Origin: an uncultured cyanobacterium
GTDB taxonomy: Bacteria > Cyanobacteriota > Cyanobacteriia > Cyanobacteriales > CAWUOF01
NCBI GenBank assembly: GCA_963744145.1
Contig: CAVUSO010000001.1
Span: 2,720,001 to 2,784,000, forward strand
Length of the DNA: 64,000 bases
Direction of reading: 5' to 3'
Numbering within the stretch: position 1 is the first letter of the stretch; each line of letters begins with the position of its first letter. Both the position numbers and the translations under genes were made by a program. Shown here one piece after another: positions 31,204 through 40,524 of this stretch. The notes below the pieces were generated by a model. That model saw nothing but the letters and a program-made list of their open reading frames with translations. It was not told the DNA's origin and did not search any database.

Positions 31204-31327
31204 TAGACTTCTTGCAAAAATAATTAAAACAGGCAAGATGCCTGTCCCACAAAAGTCTTTTTTGGTTGTGGGACAGGCATCTTGCCTGTCCAATAAATCG
31301 ATCAACATGACTTTTGCAAGAGGTCTA
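31204..31327. mobile_element. MITE with internal REP doublet
   Basis: TIR TAGACTTCTTGCAAAA / TTTTGCAAGAGGTCTA; internal CAGGCAAGATGCCTGTCCCACA...TGTGGGACAGGCATCTTGCCTG. Confidence 0.75.
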
Positions 31328-31359
31328 ATATAACTAACAACTTGAGTTACTAAACAATT

Positions 31360-33084
31360 ATGGATATCATTGCCAACTTAGAGCAGGTTTCCTATTTTTA
31401 TCCAGGTTCTAAGGAGCCAGTTTTAAAAGATATTTCCTTCACCGTTCGACGGGGAGAATTTTTGGGCATTATTGGACCAACAGGAGCCGGGAAAACTACT
31501 CTCTGTCTGGCTCTGAATGGGATTATTCCTCAGTTTTATGGGGGACGTTTTTTTGGGCGGATTACTGTTGCTGGAATGGATACGTTGGAATATCCGATCA
31601 GTCAATTAGCGCATAATGTGGGAATAGTGTTTGAAGATCCGGAGATCCAACTTACCAGTACATCTGTAGAGAATGAGATTGCCTTTCCCTTAGAAAACCT
31701 TTGTGTACCTCGTCACACCATCATTGAACGCATCCCGCGAGTGCTTGAAGCAGTACGGCTAAAAGGATTTGAACAAAAAAGTCCCCAGGAATTATCCGGT
31801 GGGCAAAAGCAAAGATTAGCGATCGCCACAGCTCTAGCAGTGCAACCAGAACTACTGATTCTGGATGAACCGACCTCCCAACTCGATCCGATCGGCACCC
31901 AGGAAGTATTTGCTACAGCGCAAAAATTGCAGGCAGAATCGGGTGTAACTATTATTATGGTATCCCATGCGGCGGAAGAATTGGCAGAATATGCCGATCG
32001 CATTGCTTTACTAGCTGAAGGTCGCTTAATCGCTTTGGATACTCCAGAAGTAATCTATTCCCAGGTGGAACTGATCGAAACTTACCAGCTGCGATCGCCG
32101 GAAGTCTCACAAACCTTCTATCAGATTCGTCAGCGTGGTCTTCCGATCGCTGATATTCCTGTTGTTTTAGAAACGGGTATCCCTACTCTGGAACGCTTAC
32201 AATCAGTCAGTCCAGCCGCACTACCACCGGAATTTCCACCCCCCAGTTCTAACCATCACTCGCCCATTCTTTCTACCCAAGACCTCACTCATATCTATCC
32301 AGATGGCACTGAGGCTCTCCGCAATATTTCACTTGATATTTATGCTGGAGAGTATGTTTTAATTATTGGACAAAATGGCGCAGGCAAAAGTACCCTGGTC
32401 AAGCATTTCTTGAATCTGTTACAACCAACGTCAGGAACAGTCAGGGTGCGCGATCGCGATACCAAAAATATGTCCGTGAGTGAGTTAGCCCAATCAATTG
32501 GCTATCTTGCCCAAAATCCAGATAACCAGATTTTTAGCACCACCGTTGAACAAGAAGTTGCCTTTGCTCTGCCCTATCTGGGGTATTCATCAGAAGCAAG
32601 CAAATCAGCCACAATGAAAAGTCTGAAAGCCATGCAATTGTGGCAGCATCGGGATGCCCATCCCCTCTCCTTACCCAAAGGAGAGCGTGCCCGGATTGTG
32701 ATTGCGGCTCTCTTGGCTATGAATCCAGACACGATTATTTTTGATGAACCGACTATTGGACAGGATTTTCATGGCGCACGCGCTATTTTGGACATCACAA
32801 GGCAGTTGCACCAGATGGGTAAAACTGTGATTGTGATTACCCATCACCTATATTTAATGCCTGACTATGCTCAACGGGTAATTGTGATGGGGCAGGGAAC
32901 AATTTTGCTGGATGCCCCGCTGCGTCAAGCATATCATCAAACCAAATTGTTGCAATCGACTTATCTGGTGCCGCCCCAGTCTGTGCTGTTGGCACAACAT
33001 CTCAGCCACCTGGTTCATCAGGACTATCCCCTGGTCACACCCATAGAAGTCGCCGATTTGTACAGTCCACAAACATTGGAGTAG
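31360..33084 (+). CDS. ECF transporter fused ATPase (A-A')
   Basis: Two ABC domains: GPTGAGKT/LSGGQKQR/DEPTSQLDP and GQNGAGKS/QNPDNQIF/DEPT. Confidence 0.9.
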   Translation: MDIIANLEQVSYFYPGSKEPVLKDISFTVRRGEFLGIIGPTGAGKTTLCLALNGIIPQFYGGRFFGRITVAGMDTLEYPISQLAHNVGIVFEDPEIQLTSTSVENEIAFPLENLCVPRHTIIERIPRVLEAVRLKGFEQKSPQELSGGQKQRLAIATALAVQPELLILDEPTSQLDPIGTQEVFATAQKLQAESGVTIIMVSHAAEELAEYADRIALLAEGRLIALDTPEVIYSQVELIETYQLRSPEVSQTFYQIRQRGLPIADIPVVLETGIPTLERLQSVSPAALPPEFPPPSSNHHSPILSTQDLTHIYPDGTEALRNISLDIYAGEYVLIIGQNGAGKSTLVKHFLNLLQPTSGTVRVRDRDTKNMSVSELAQSIGYLAQNPDNQIFSTTVEQEVAFALPYLGYSSEASKSATMKSLKAMQLWQHRDAHPLSLPKGERARIVIAALLAMNPDTIIFDEPTIGQDFHGARAILDITRQLHQMGKTVIVITHHLYLMPDYAQRVIVMGQGTILLDAPLRQAYHQTKLLQSTYLVPPQSVLLAQHLSHLVHQDYPLVTPIEVADLYSPQTLE

Positions 33085-33086
33085 CT

Positions 33087-33947
33087 ATGGGAAGTTCAAA
33101 ATTTCAGACCGTTAAGTATGATTCCATCTTTACCCAGTTAGACTTCCGGACAAAGTTAGTCATCATTGGGGTGGTTACCCTAATTGCATTTCTGTGGCAA
33201 AGTCCGATCGCTGGAGGCTCATTGACCATAGGTGTGGCCATTGCCTGTATTGTGGCAGGGGTAAGACTAGACTATCTGGTAGTGATTTTGAAATTCATGG
33301 TGCCGTTTTATATTTTCTTGCTCCTGATTATGGGCTTCTTTAGTGGTATCCAGGTGCAATCCTTAATGGGAAATATGGAACTGACCCCAATCCTAATTTT
33401 GCCCAAAAACTGGTGGTTGATTGGGGGAGGAACTATGACTCTAGAAGGGCTTTTATACGGTCTGAATATCGTGTTTAAGACATTAACTATGATCTTGGTG
33501 ATTCCCTTGGGTATCTTTACCACTAATGTCAACCAGATCACTGTTAGTCTAGTGCAAATTCGTGTTCCTTACAAAATTCTGTTTATCTTCACTTCTACCC
33601 TGCGGTTTGTGCCATTTCTGCTCGAAGAGGTGCAATCTATCCTTGACGCTCAACGGTTACGAGGATTGAACTTGCAAAAAATGAACTGGTTCAAACGAGG
33701 AAAAATCTATGCTGCAATTGGAGTACCACTGATTTTGAATGCCATGGCTAAGTCACAAAAGCTGGAAATTGTCTTGCAATCTAAGGCGTTTTCTGGTAGC
33801 TCAAATCGGACTTATCTCCATGAGACGTTTTTGACTTATACTGATTATGCCATTATGGTGATTTTTGGGGTTTTTTTGGTGCTGGCGATCGCCCTATATT
33901 TTACCTGGGGAATAGGTAAATTTGCCTGGTTATTGAGTACAGTTTGA
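33087..33947 (+). CDS. ECF transporter transmembrane T component
   Basis: LDFRTK, TLRFVP, AQRLRG motifs. Confidence 0.88.
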   Translation: MGSSKFQTVKYDSIFTQLDFRTKLVIIGVVTLIAFLWQSPIAGGSLTIGVAIACIVAGVRLDYLVVILKFMVPFYIFLLLIMGFFSGIQVQSLMGNMELTPILILPKNWWLIGGGTMTLEGLLYGLNIVFKTLTMILVIPLGIFTTNVNQITVSLVQIRVPYKILFIFTSTLRFVPFLLEEVQSILDAQRLRGLNLQKMNWFKRGKIYAAIGVPLILNAMAKSQKLEIVLQSKAFSGSSNRTYLHETFLTYTDYAIMVIFGVFLVLAIALYFTWGIGKFAWLLSTV

Positions 33948-34006
33948 TTGGGCTAATAGTAGCCGATATTGTTAATATTAACACCGATAAAATTATGCTG
34001 GTCCTA

Positions 34007-34034
34007 GTAGGGGCGTATGGCAATACGCCCCTAC
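34007..34034. repeat. REP hairpin
   Basis: GTAGGGGCGTATGGCAATACGCCCCTAC. Confidence 0.8.
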
Positions 34035-34184
34035 ACAATACGCAGTTCACTCAACATTTGTTCGACTCAATGTAGCAGTTATGCTACAAATTAACTCGTA
34101 AGGGATGGGCTATACTAGGAGCGCCTAAAGGATAAGTCGCTAGATTTTTACAAGTATAAAAATCATCTGTAGAAGAAACTCAAA

Positions 34185-35267
34185 ATGCCAAATAGAAAAA
34201 CTAAAAGCAGAAAACCTGGTTTGTTTAGCCGCAGGCTTTTTACAAGCTGGCTACTATCTTTCGCTACCATTTTTTGCCTTGTGACTGTCAACAGTTGTGT
34301 GAATAATCAGTCAACTTCACCAGCTAACACTCAGCCCAATAACAATCCAGTTAATCCAGCACAAGTTAGTAAACCAGATAAAATTAAATTGGATTATGCC
34401 TATTACAATCCTGTTAGTTTGGTCATTAAAGAGAAAGGTTGGTTAGAAGAAGAAGTCGGCAAAGATCATGTCTTAGTGGAATGGGTATTGAGCCAAGGGA
34501 GTAATAAAGCTTTAGAATTTTTGAATAGTAGTAGTGTAGATTTTGGCTCTACTGCTGGAGCTGCTGCTCTAATTGGTAAAGCAAATGGAAATCCAATTAA
34601 GTCGATTTATGTCTATTCCAAACCCGAATGGACAGCATTGGTGGTAAAGGCAAATTCTCCGATCAACACTGTACCTGATCTCAAAAGCAAGAAAATAGCT
34701 GCTACTCGTGGTACTGATCCATTTATTTTCTTGCTGCGAGCTTTAGATAAATTCGGTTTGAGCGATAAAGATGTGGAGATTGTGCCATTACAACACGCTG
34801 ATGGTAAGGCTGCTTTAGAAAAGGGAGATGTGGATGCTTGGGCAGGACTCGATCCCCTGATGGCGAAATCTGAGGTTGAGCAAAGATCGCGTTTGTTTTT
34901 CCGCGAAACTTCTTTTAATAGTTATGGTGTTCTAAATGTGCGTGAAGCTTTTGCAAAGGAATATCCAGATTATGTCACAAGGGTGTTAAAGGTTTACGAA
35001 AAAGGAAGAAATTGGGCATTAAAAAACCCAGCTGAATTTAAACAAATTTTGCTCAAGGCTTCTAATTTAACTGATGCTGTTGCTACTAAACAATTAGAAC
35101 GTACTGATCTATCTAATTCGGCAATTGGTGAAGAACAGAAAGCGGTAATTTTGGCAGCAGGTGATGTGCTGAAAAAAAGTGGTGTCATTAAAGCGGAAAT
35201 TAATGTGCCTCAAGTAGTTAGTGATCTTGTCGATCCGCAGTTTTCGGCAAAATTGGCAAACCCATAG
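34185..35267 (+). CDS. aliphatic sulfonate-type ABC transporter substrate-binding lipoprotein (SsuA-like)
   Basis: LDYAYYNP, SQGSNKALEFL, ATRGTDP, VDAWAGLDP. Confidence 0.85.
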   Translation: MPNRKTKSRKPGLFSRRLFTSWLLSFATIFCLVTVNSCVNNQSTSPANTQPNNNPVNPAQVSKPDKIKLDYAYYNPVSLVIKEKGWLEEEVGKDHVLVEWVLSQGSNKALEFLNSSSVDFGSTAGAAALIGKANGNPIKSIYVYSKPEWTALVVKANSPINTVPDLKSKKIAATRGTDPFIFLLRALDKFGLSDKDVEIVPLQHADGKAALEKGDVDAWAGLDPLMAKSEVEQRSRLFFRETSFNSYGVLNVREAFAKEYPDYVTRVLKVYEKGRNWALKNPAEFKQILLKASNLTDAVATKQLERTDLSNSAIGEEQKAVILAAGDVLKKSGVIKAEINVPQVVSDLVDPQFSAKLANP

Positions 35268-35281
35268 GAAATACTTGACAT

Positions 35282-35710
35282 ATGGGATTAGATAATATGA
35301 GTAATTCTCGATCGCATCATGGATTGGAAGAAAATTTCAGAGTCTATTTAAGCTTGATGAGTGGTATTCAATCAGTCGATCGCAAGTTAGTAGAAGTCGG
35401 CAAAATCTATCGTTTAAGTACATTACAACTGATTCAACGTGTGTTTTTACCTGCAACTATCCCTGACTATATAGTAGGATTACGGAGCGGGTTGGGACTG
35501 GGTTGGATGTTTGTGGTAGCCGCAGAATTGATGGGAGCAAGTCAGGGACTAGGATTTTTGTTAGTGGATGGACAAACTACCGGTCGTCCTGAACTAACCC
35601 TTGCTAGCATTCTTTTATTTGCAGTATTGGGCAAAATTACCGATGGAGCGATCGCTTTTATATCCAAACGTTGTCTATTTTGGCAAGATACCTATAGGTC
35701 ACACAATTAG
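35282..35710 (+). pseudogene. SsuC-like ABC permease with large internal deletion
   Basis: Only the C-terminal half (VDRKLVEVG..LPAT.P..GLR..W..VVAAEL) remains after a short N-terminus; 142 aa. Confidence 0.7.
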
Positions 35711-35732
35711 GAATCGTCATTAGAAGTTTCTC

Positions 35733-36488
35733 ATGCTATTAATTGAAGGTCTACATAAGCGATTTAGTAACGGTTTTGTTGGCTTGGAATCGATTAATCT
35801 AACTATTAACAAAACTGAAATTGTGAGTTTAATCGGTACAAGTGGCTGTGGCAAAAGTACCATCTTGCGGATTATTGCGGGATTAGATTGTCCGACGAGT
35901 GGCACAGTGCGAATTGATCATCAACTGATCAATCAACCCCATCCAGATATTAATATTATTTTCCAAGAAGCACGTCTAATGCCTTGGTTAACAGTTTGGG
36001 AAAATATCCAGTTTGGCTTACAACATTTGTCCCGATCGCGTCGTAATCTATTAACAGGTGAAATTATTACCAAGGTGGGGTTAACAGAATTTGCTCAACT
36101 CTTACCCCGACAATTATCGGGTGGGATGTCGCAACGGGTAGCGATCGCCCGCGCTCTAGTTACACAACCTTCAATTTTGCTTTTAGATGAACCTTTTAGT
36201 GCTTTAGATGCGTTTACCAGACTGAATTTACAAGATCATTTACTGCAAATCTGGAATTATGATCACCCAACCATGATTCTAGTTACCCATGATGTCGAAG
36301 AAGCCCTAATATTAAGCGATCGGGTGATTGTGCTACGCGGTAATCCTGGACGAATTCATCAGGAATTTGCGATCGATCTACCCCGTCCACGCAGGCGGAC
36401 CGACCAACACCTACAATATTGGAAAGAACAACTATTAGATGCCTTAGACCTATCGACAAGCTATCCTAGTCAAATACAATTCAGTTAA
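35733..36488 (+). CDS. SsuB/TauB-like ABC ATPase
   Basis: GTSGCGKST, LSGGMSQR, LLDEPFSALDAFTR. Confidence 0.88.
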   Translation: MLLIEGLHKRFSNGFVGLESINLTINKTEIVSLIGTSGCGKSTILRIIAGLDCPTSGTVRIDHQLINQPHPDINIIFQEARLMPWLTVWENIQFGLQHLSRSRRNLLTGEIITKVGLTEFAQLLPRQLSGGMSQRVAIARALVTQPSILLLDEPFSALDAFTRLNLQDHLLQIWNYDHPTMILVTHDVEEALILSDRVIVLRGNPGRIHQEFAIDLPRPRRRTDQHLQYWKEQLLDALDLSTSYPSQIQFS

Positions 36489-36604
36489 GTGTAGGGGCGA
36501 AGCATTCGGGCGATAATATATCACTTAAAGCGATTAATATGATATCCGAATGCTTCGCCCTTCTTTGCCGATATCTCCCAAAAAAACTTAACTGAACCGT
36601 ATTG
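36472..36604. mobile_element. MITE-like element carrying a REP doublet
   Basis: TIR AAATACAATTCAGTTAAG / CTTAACTGAACCGTATTG; internal GGGCGAAGCATTCGG...CCGAATGCTTCGCCC. Confidence 0.7.
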
Positions 36605-36632
36605 CATTCTAGTCAAACTAGAAGATATTGAT

Positions 36633-37619
36633 TTAAGGAGATGATGTGGGAGAAGGACTCGGAGTTGGAGTCTCCGTGGAAGACGGAGTTGGAGTCACAG
36701 GAGCAGCAGAACTCGGAGTCGGAGTCACAGGAGCAGCAGAACTCGGAGCTGGAGTCACAGGAGCAGCAGAACTCGGAGCTGGAGTTGGATCAACCGCAGG
36801 ATTAGCTGAAGCTAGTTCCTTAATTTTATCTTTGAACCGGGCTGGAGCTAAATCGATCGCAGAAGCAAACAAAGGTTTAGCTTCTTCAACTCTACCCTGT
36901 TGTTTGAGGACTAAAGCTTTAGCAAAGATGGGACGCCAATCCTTTTGATTATCTTTAATTAGCCCATCATAGGTAGCGATCGCTTCATCATAACGCTGTT
37001 GTTGAGCATAAACACTCCCCAAAATTAACTGAACCGAAAGTACATCAACAGTATTAGGTTTGGCTTGATTAAATTGAGGAGCAGTTTTGATTGTATCTTG
37101 GAGAACACCGATCGCCGCTTCTGGGCGCTTTTGTTCTAGTAACAACCCGACTAATCCTTGCAAGGCTTCCACATTACCAGGATTAGTAGCCATGATACTA
37201 CGATAAGTCTGAGCTGCTCCTTCCAAATCATTCAAATACTGTTTAGCTTGGGCTAGAAGTATGCCATAACGAGGTTGATCGGGATTCAGTTTCACCAGCT
37301 TTTCTAAAGGGTCAATCGTCGTCCGGACATCACCCTGTCCAGACTGAATCATTTCTAGACGTACCTGTAACAAACCCTTTAATGCAGTTTGATTTTCCGA
37401 TTCCCGTTGCAAAACCAATTCATAACCCTTTTCCTGGGCTTTGAGTTCTTCTAACTTTTTCGAGTTTCCTGACACCTGAGAGGGGGTCGATGTCGCCGCC
37501 TTTGGCCCAGGAGTAGCTTGAATAGCACTTAAATAGGGAGCTAAAGAAAACCCTAGAAAGGCAATGATGCCAAGCACCATCACCACTTTAATCAGCCAAC
37601 GACCACGTTTTTCAGACAC
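36633..37619 (-). CDS. membrane-anchored TPR protein with P/S/T-rich repeat tail
   Basis: N-terminal TM, TPR-like helices, 30-bp repeats (VTPAPSSAAP). Confidence 0.85.
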   Translation of the reverse strand: MSEKRGRWLIKVVMVLGIIAFLGFSLAPYLSAIQATPGPKAATSTPSQVSGNSKKLEELKAQEKGYELVLQRESENQTALKGLLQVRLEMIQSGQGDVRTTIDPLEKLVKLNPDQPRYGILLAQAKQYLNDLEGAAQTYRSIMATNPGNVEALQGLVGLLLEQKRPEAAIGVLQDTIKTAPQFNQAKPNTVDVLSVQLILGSVYAQQQRYDEAIATYDGLIKDNQKDWRPIFAKALVLKQQGRVEEAKPLFASAIDLAPARFKDKIKELASANPAVDPTPAPSSAAPVTPAPSSAAPVTPTPSSAAPVTPTPSSTETPTPSPSPTSSP

Positions 37620-37865
37620 AAAAATGTTTTGAACTCAGCTATCATCTATCATCTATTATCTTTCATCTTTGATTAAAGCCGTAACCAAAGAGCTGAAAGT
37701 TGTATTGATGAATAACCGTCATCACGATCATCTGCGTTACCAACTTGCAAATCCATTAATCTGGGAAGCTGCTCCTAAACTAGAAAGTAGATATCCTTTA
37801 CGGATCAGCCTAGAGCGCAGTTGCATTCATTAAAATAAGCTGACTCATGGGATCATGCGTCCATT

Positions 37866-39065
37866 GTGCCAATAAAGCGATTGCTTATGAGTTCCTCACC
37901 TAACCCCTCCCCCAAACGCCCTAAAAAACTAGTCTCTGAACCAAAGGGGACTTCTAATCAGGCTGCAATTGAGCCGCAATCTGCTGCGGTTCCTCCGAAA
38001 AACCTAATTGCTCATCAGGTGGCAATTGAGCCGCAATCCTTTGCGGTCCCTCCGAACCAGCCAGTTGCTGAACAAGTAGCCACTCCCCCACTGGTGGCGG
38101 TCCCTCCGAAAAAGACAGTTGTAGCGGAGGAAGTAACTAAAGCTGAACCAGTTGTGGTTACTCCCCCAGTCTCTAAGGAAACTTCATCAAAGACCCCTCT
38201 TACTGTAGTGGGGATCATTAGTTCTACCGAGACCCAGAGTCCATCTTTAGAAACCACGGAAGAAATCAATCTACGTCAACACCCAATTCCACCGCCGAGC
38301 GAACCAATGCAATATCGAGCGATCGGCTTGATTCGTGGTCGCTATACTTCTTCAAGTGAACAATTCACTCAAGGAACTTTGCTCACTAGCGATGGAACAG
38401 CGATTGATGCTGTGCTATTGGGCCGAATTATGAGTTTAGTCAAAAACCATTTGAATTTAGAAGAGGAACATCTGTGGGTAGTTTATCCTCGAACTAGACA
38501 ACAGGATAATAACCTCCATGCTCAAATTGTCGGAGTTTGGGAACCGGAAACCCTTGCGTCTGACCATTCATCATCCACGGAAACAGTCCCTGAGAAAGAA
38601 TTAGTCGGAAGTTCAGAAAATGTAACTAATCCGACCGTTGAAGATGACTATTTTTCGATTCGTGGGGAGGTAATTTTTCAAGGTCAAGATCCAGCCCATG
38701 TAATTGTGAAAATTAAACAAGCAGCTCGTAAACCAGCCGAAGGACCGAAGTTTTTTAAATTGAAACTGACAGGTACTTTAGCTGGAAAAGCGATCGGACA
38801 TTTTTGGGAATTTCATGTGCGACGACAGGATAATAATCTGGAAATTCAAGCGAGTCAGGATATTGGTCTTTTACCACCCACTAAAAAGCCAAAAGGAGCA
38901 GCTAAAGGTCGTCCAGGTGTAAAGAAACCTTGGAATACCAATCGTCCACCTCGAAAAGATTACCAATCGACGACGGAAGCACCATCCCTAGCACACAAAG
39001 ATCCGCTACCAAAACCAATTAAAAAGGTGGAACGTCCGGTTAAGCGTCCCCTTAACCCAGAGTAA
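37866..39065 (+). CDS. conserved cyanobacterial hypothetical protein
   Basis: Low-complexity N-terminus; core PIPPPSEPMQYRAIGLIRG...HLWVVYPRT...FSIRGEV. Confidence 0.75.
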   Translation: MPIKRLLMSSSPNPSPKRPKKLVSEPKGTSNQAAIEPQSAAVPPKNLIAHQVAIEPQSFAVPPNQPVAEQVATPPLVAVPPKKTVVAEEVTKAEPVVVTPPVSKETSSKTPLTVVGIISSTETQSPSLETTEEINLRQHPIPPPSEPMQYRAIGLIRGRYTSSSEQFTQGTLLTSDGTAIDAVLLGRIMSLVKNHLNLEEEHLWVVYPRTRQQDNNLHAQIVGVWEPETLASDHSSSTETVPEKELVGSSENVTNPTVEDDYFSIRGEVIFQGQDPAHVIVKIKQAARKPAEGPKFFKLKLTGTLAGKAIGHFWEFHVRRQDNNLEIQASQDIGLLPPTKKPKGAAKGRPGVKKPWNTNRPPRKDYQSTTEAPSLAHKDPLPKPIKKVERPVKRPLNPE

Positions 39066-40233
39066 TCTGCGAACCCCACAAATCTTGGGGTAAAAAAGCT
39101 CGCTCTGTGGGAATTGGTGCTACTGGTTCAGTGAGGGTAAATTGACCAATAGTGATCCACTGTTTTAATTCCAGTGCTACCTGACGGGAGAGGTGGATAC
39201 TAGCTAGGGGAGCAACCCGGATATTTTTTCCCTCAATATTGATCCGACCAGTTTTTAACTGAGCATAATTCACTAAGCCAAATGTAGGACGAACGCGTCG
39301 GGGAATGGAAAAATCCACAACCGGCGCTACTAAGTCTTGATCTTTGATGCTACAATGGGCTACTACTTCTTCATTCAATACTGGTAAGGGTAAACCAACT
39401 CCTAGCATTAAGGATGCACCGTAATGTTTAAAGTAACAGCCCCTCACCCATTTGGCTTGCATCTGTTTAGCGTCACCGATTAAGGCTAAAGTAGCTGCTG
39501 GACCGATGGGAGTATGATTAGGTAAGCGTTTTTGTAAGGGAAAATGTTGAGTTCCTTCCCAAGCAATATAGCCAATTCCACCTCCCAAAAAGATCCGACT
39601 CCCTATTCCGATTAATTGCAATTCTGGATCATTGAGTAAGGGGGAAATAGCTCCGGTATTGGAATAAACAGCATTACCTAAATGAGGTTGTAGTGGTCCA
39701 AGATAGGTGTAAAGTTGCCGATCGCCACCATTCACACCGACGATAAAGTTTTGATATAGATTACGTGGGTTATACAAATAAAACTGATTGATCGTATCTC
39801 GACTAATGTGAGTTTCAAAGGAAGGACGAGGATAGCAGTCAGTTACTTGACCAATTGCTCGCAAATGAACCGATTTTCCCGCAATTAGGTCTTCGATGAC
39901 ATGACCCCCACCCCGATCGCGAGATTCTTCTCCATCGGTGGTTTCCCGGACCTGTGTGGCTCCTAAATATAGATCAACAGCACCAAATCCAGAATAAGCT
40001 AAAACTCCATCTAACCAACAGGAACGAATCTTAATTGGTGGATCGGTATGTCCTAAGTTGATTATCGCTCCAGAAGATTCCATTGGCTCAAAAGTACCAG
40101 TGGTAATCACATCTACTTCTTTAGCTGTTTTTGTGATCCCAATTTCGGCGACTCGGGCTTTTAATTCTTCGATCGTTAATACTACTACACTACGACGGTT
40201 AATTTTGTCGTTAATATCGGCAATGGTTCGCAT
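39052..40233 (-). CDS. DUF39 homocysteine-biosynthesis (aspartate-semialdehyde sulfurtransferase-like) protein
   Basis: VDVITTGTFEPMESSGA, AVDLYLGAT, GGGHVIEDL, NPRN, GTQH. Confidence 0.8.
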   Translation of the reverse strand: MRTIADINDKINRRSVVVLTIEELKARVAEIGITKTAKEVDVITTGTFEPMESSGAIINLGHTDPPIKIRSCWLDGVLAYSGFGAVDLYLGATQVRETTDGEESRDRGGGHVIEDLIAGKSVHLRAIGQVTDCYPRPSFETHISRDTINQFYLYNPRNLYQNFIVGVNGGDRQLYTYLGPLQPHLGNAVYSNTGAISPLLNDPELQLIGIGSRIFLGGGIGYIAWEGTQHFPLQKRLPNHTPIGPAATLALIGDAKQMQAKWVRGCYFKHYGASLMLGVGLPLPVLNEEVVAHCSIKDQDLVAPVVDFSIPRRVRPTFGLVNYAQLKTGRINIEGKNIRVAPLASIHLSRQVALELKQWITIGQFTLTEPVAPIPTERAFLPQDLWGSQITLG

Positions 40234-40236
40234 AGT

Positions 40237-40455
40237 TTACTCTTTTTCACCAAAAGATACTTTTGGTGTCTTACCAGTTAGCAACAACCGTCCCCCCAAT
40301 ATTATGACCATAATTAGGGCTGGTAAAATCACAGCGATCGCCACATTAATAGTACCAGGAGCGATCGCTAAAAATGGTCCACCATATTTAATCGCGACAG
40401 ACAAAACCGTAGATAGAAGCAAGACCTTCGATACAAAACCAATATTACTATCCAT
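40237..40455 (-). CDS. small two-TM hypothetical protein
   Basis: 72 aa, KVLLLS..LSVAIKYGGP; tightly coupled to DUF39 gene. Confidence 0.65.
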   Translation of the reverse strand: MDSNIGFVSKVLLLSTVLSVAIKYGGPFLAIAPGTINVAIAVILPALIMVIILGGRLLLTGKTPKVSFGEKE

Positions 40456-40524
40456 ATTGTACGGAAATAACCATGTTTAAGGGCGTAGACACCGATCACC
40501 AGCGATCGATCTTAATTTTATACA

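Noticed and set aside
36646..36948. Antisense G/V/A-rich ORF and similar antisense ORFs inside ftsH, ECF, hps and map genes
   Set aside because: Opposite strand of well-supported genes
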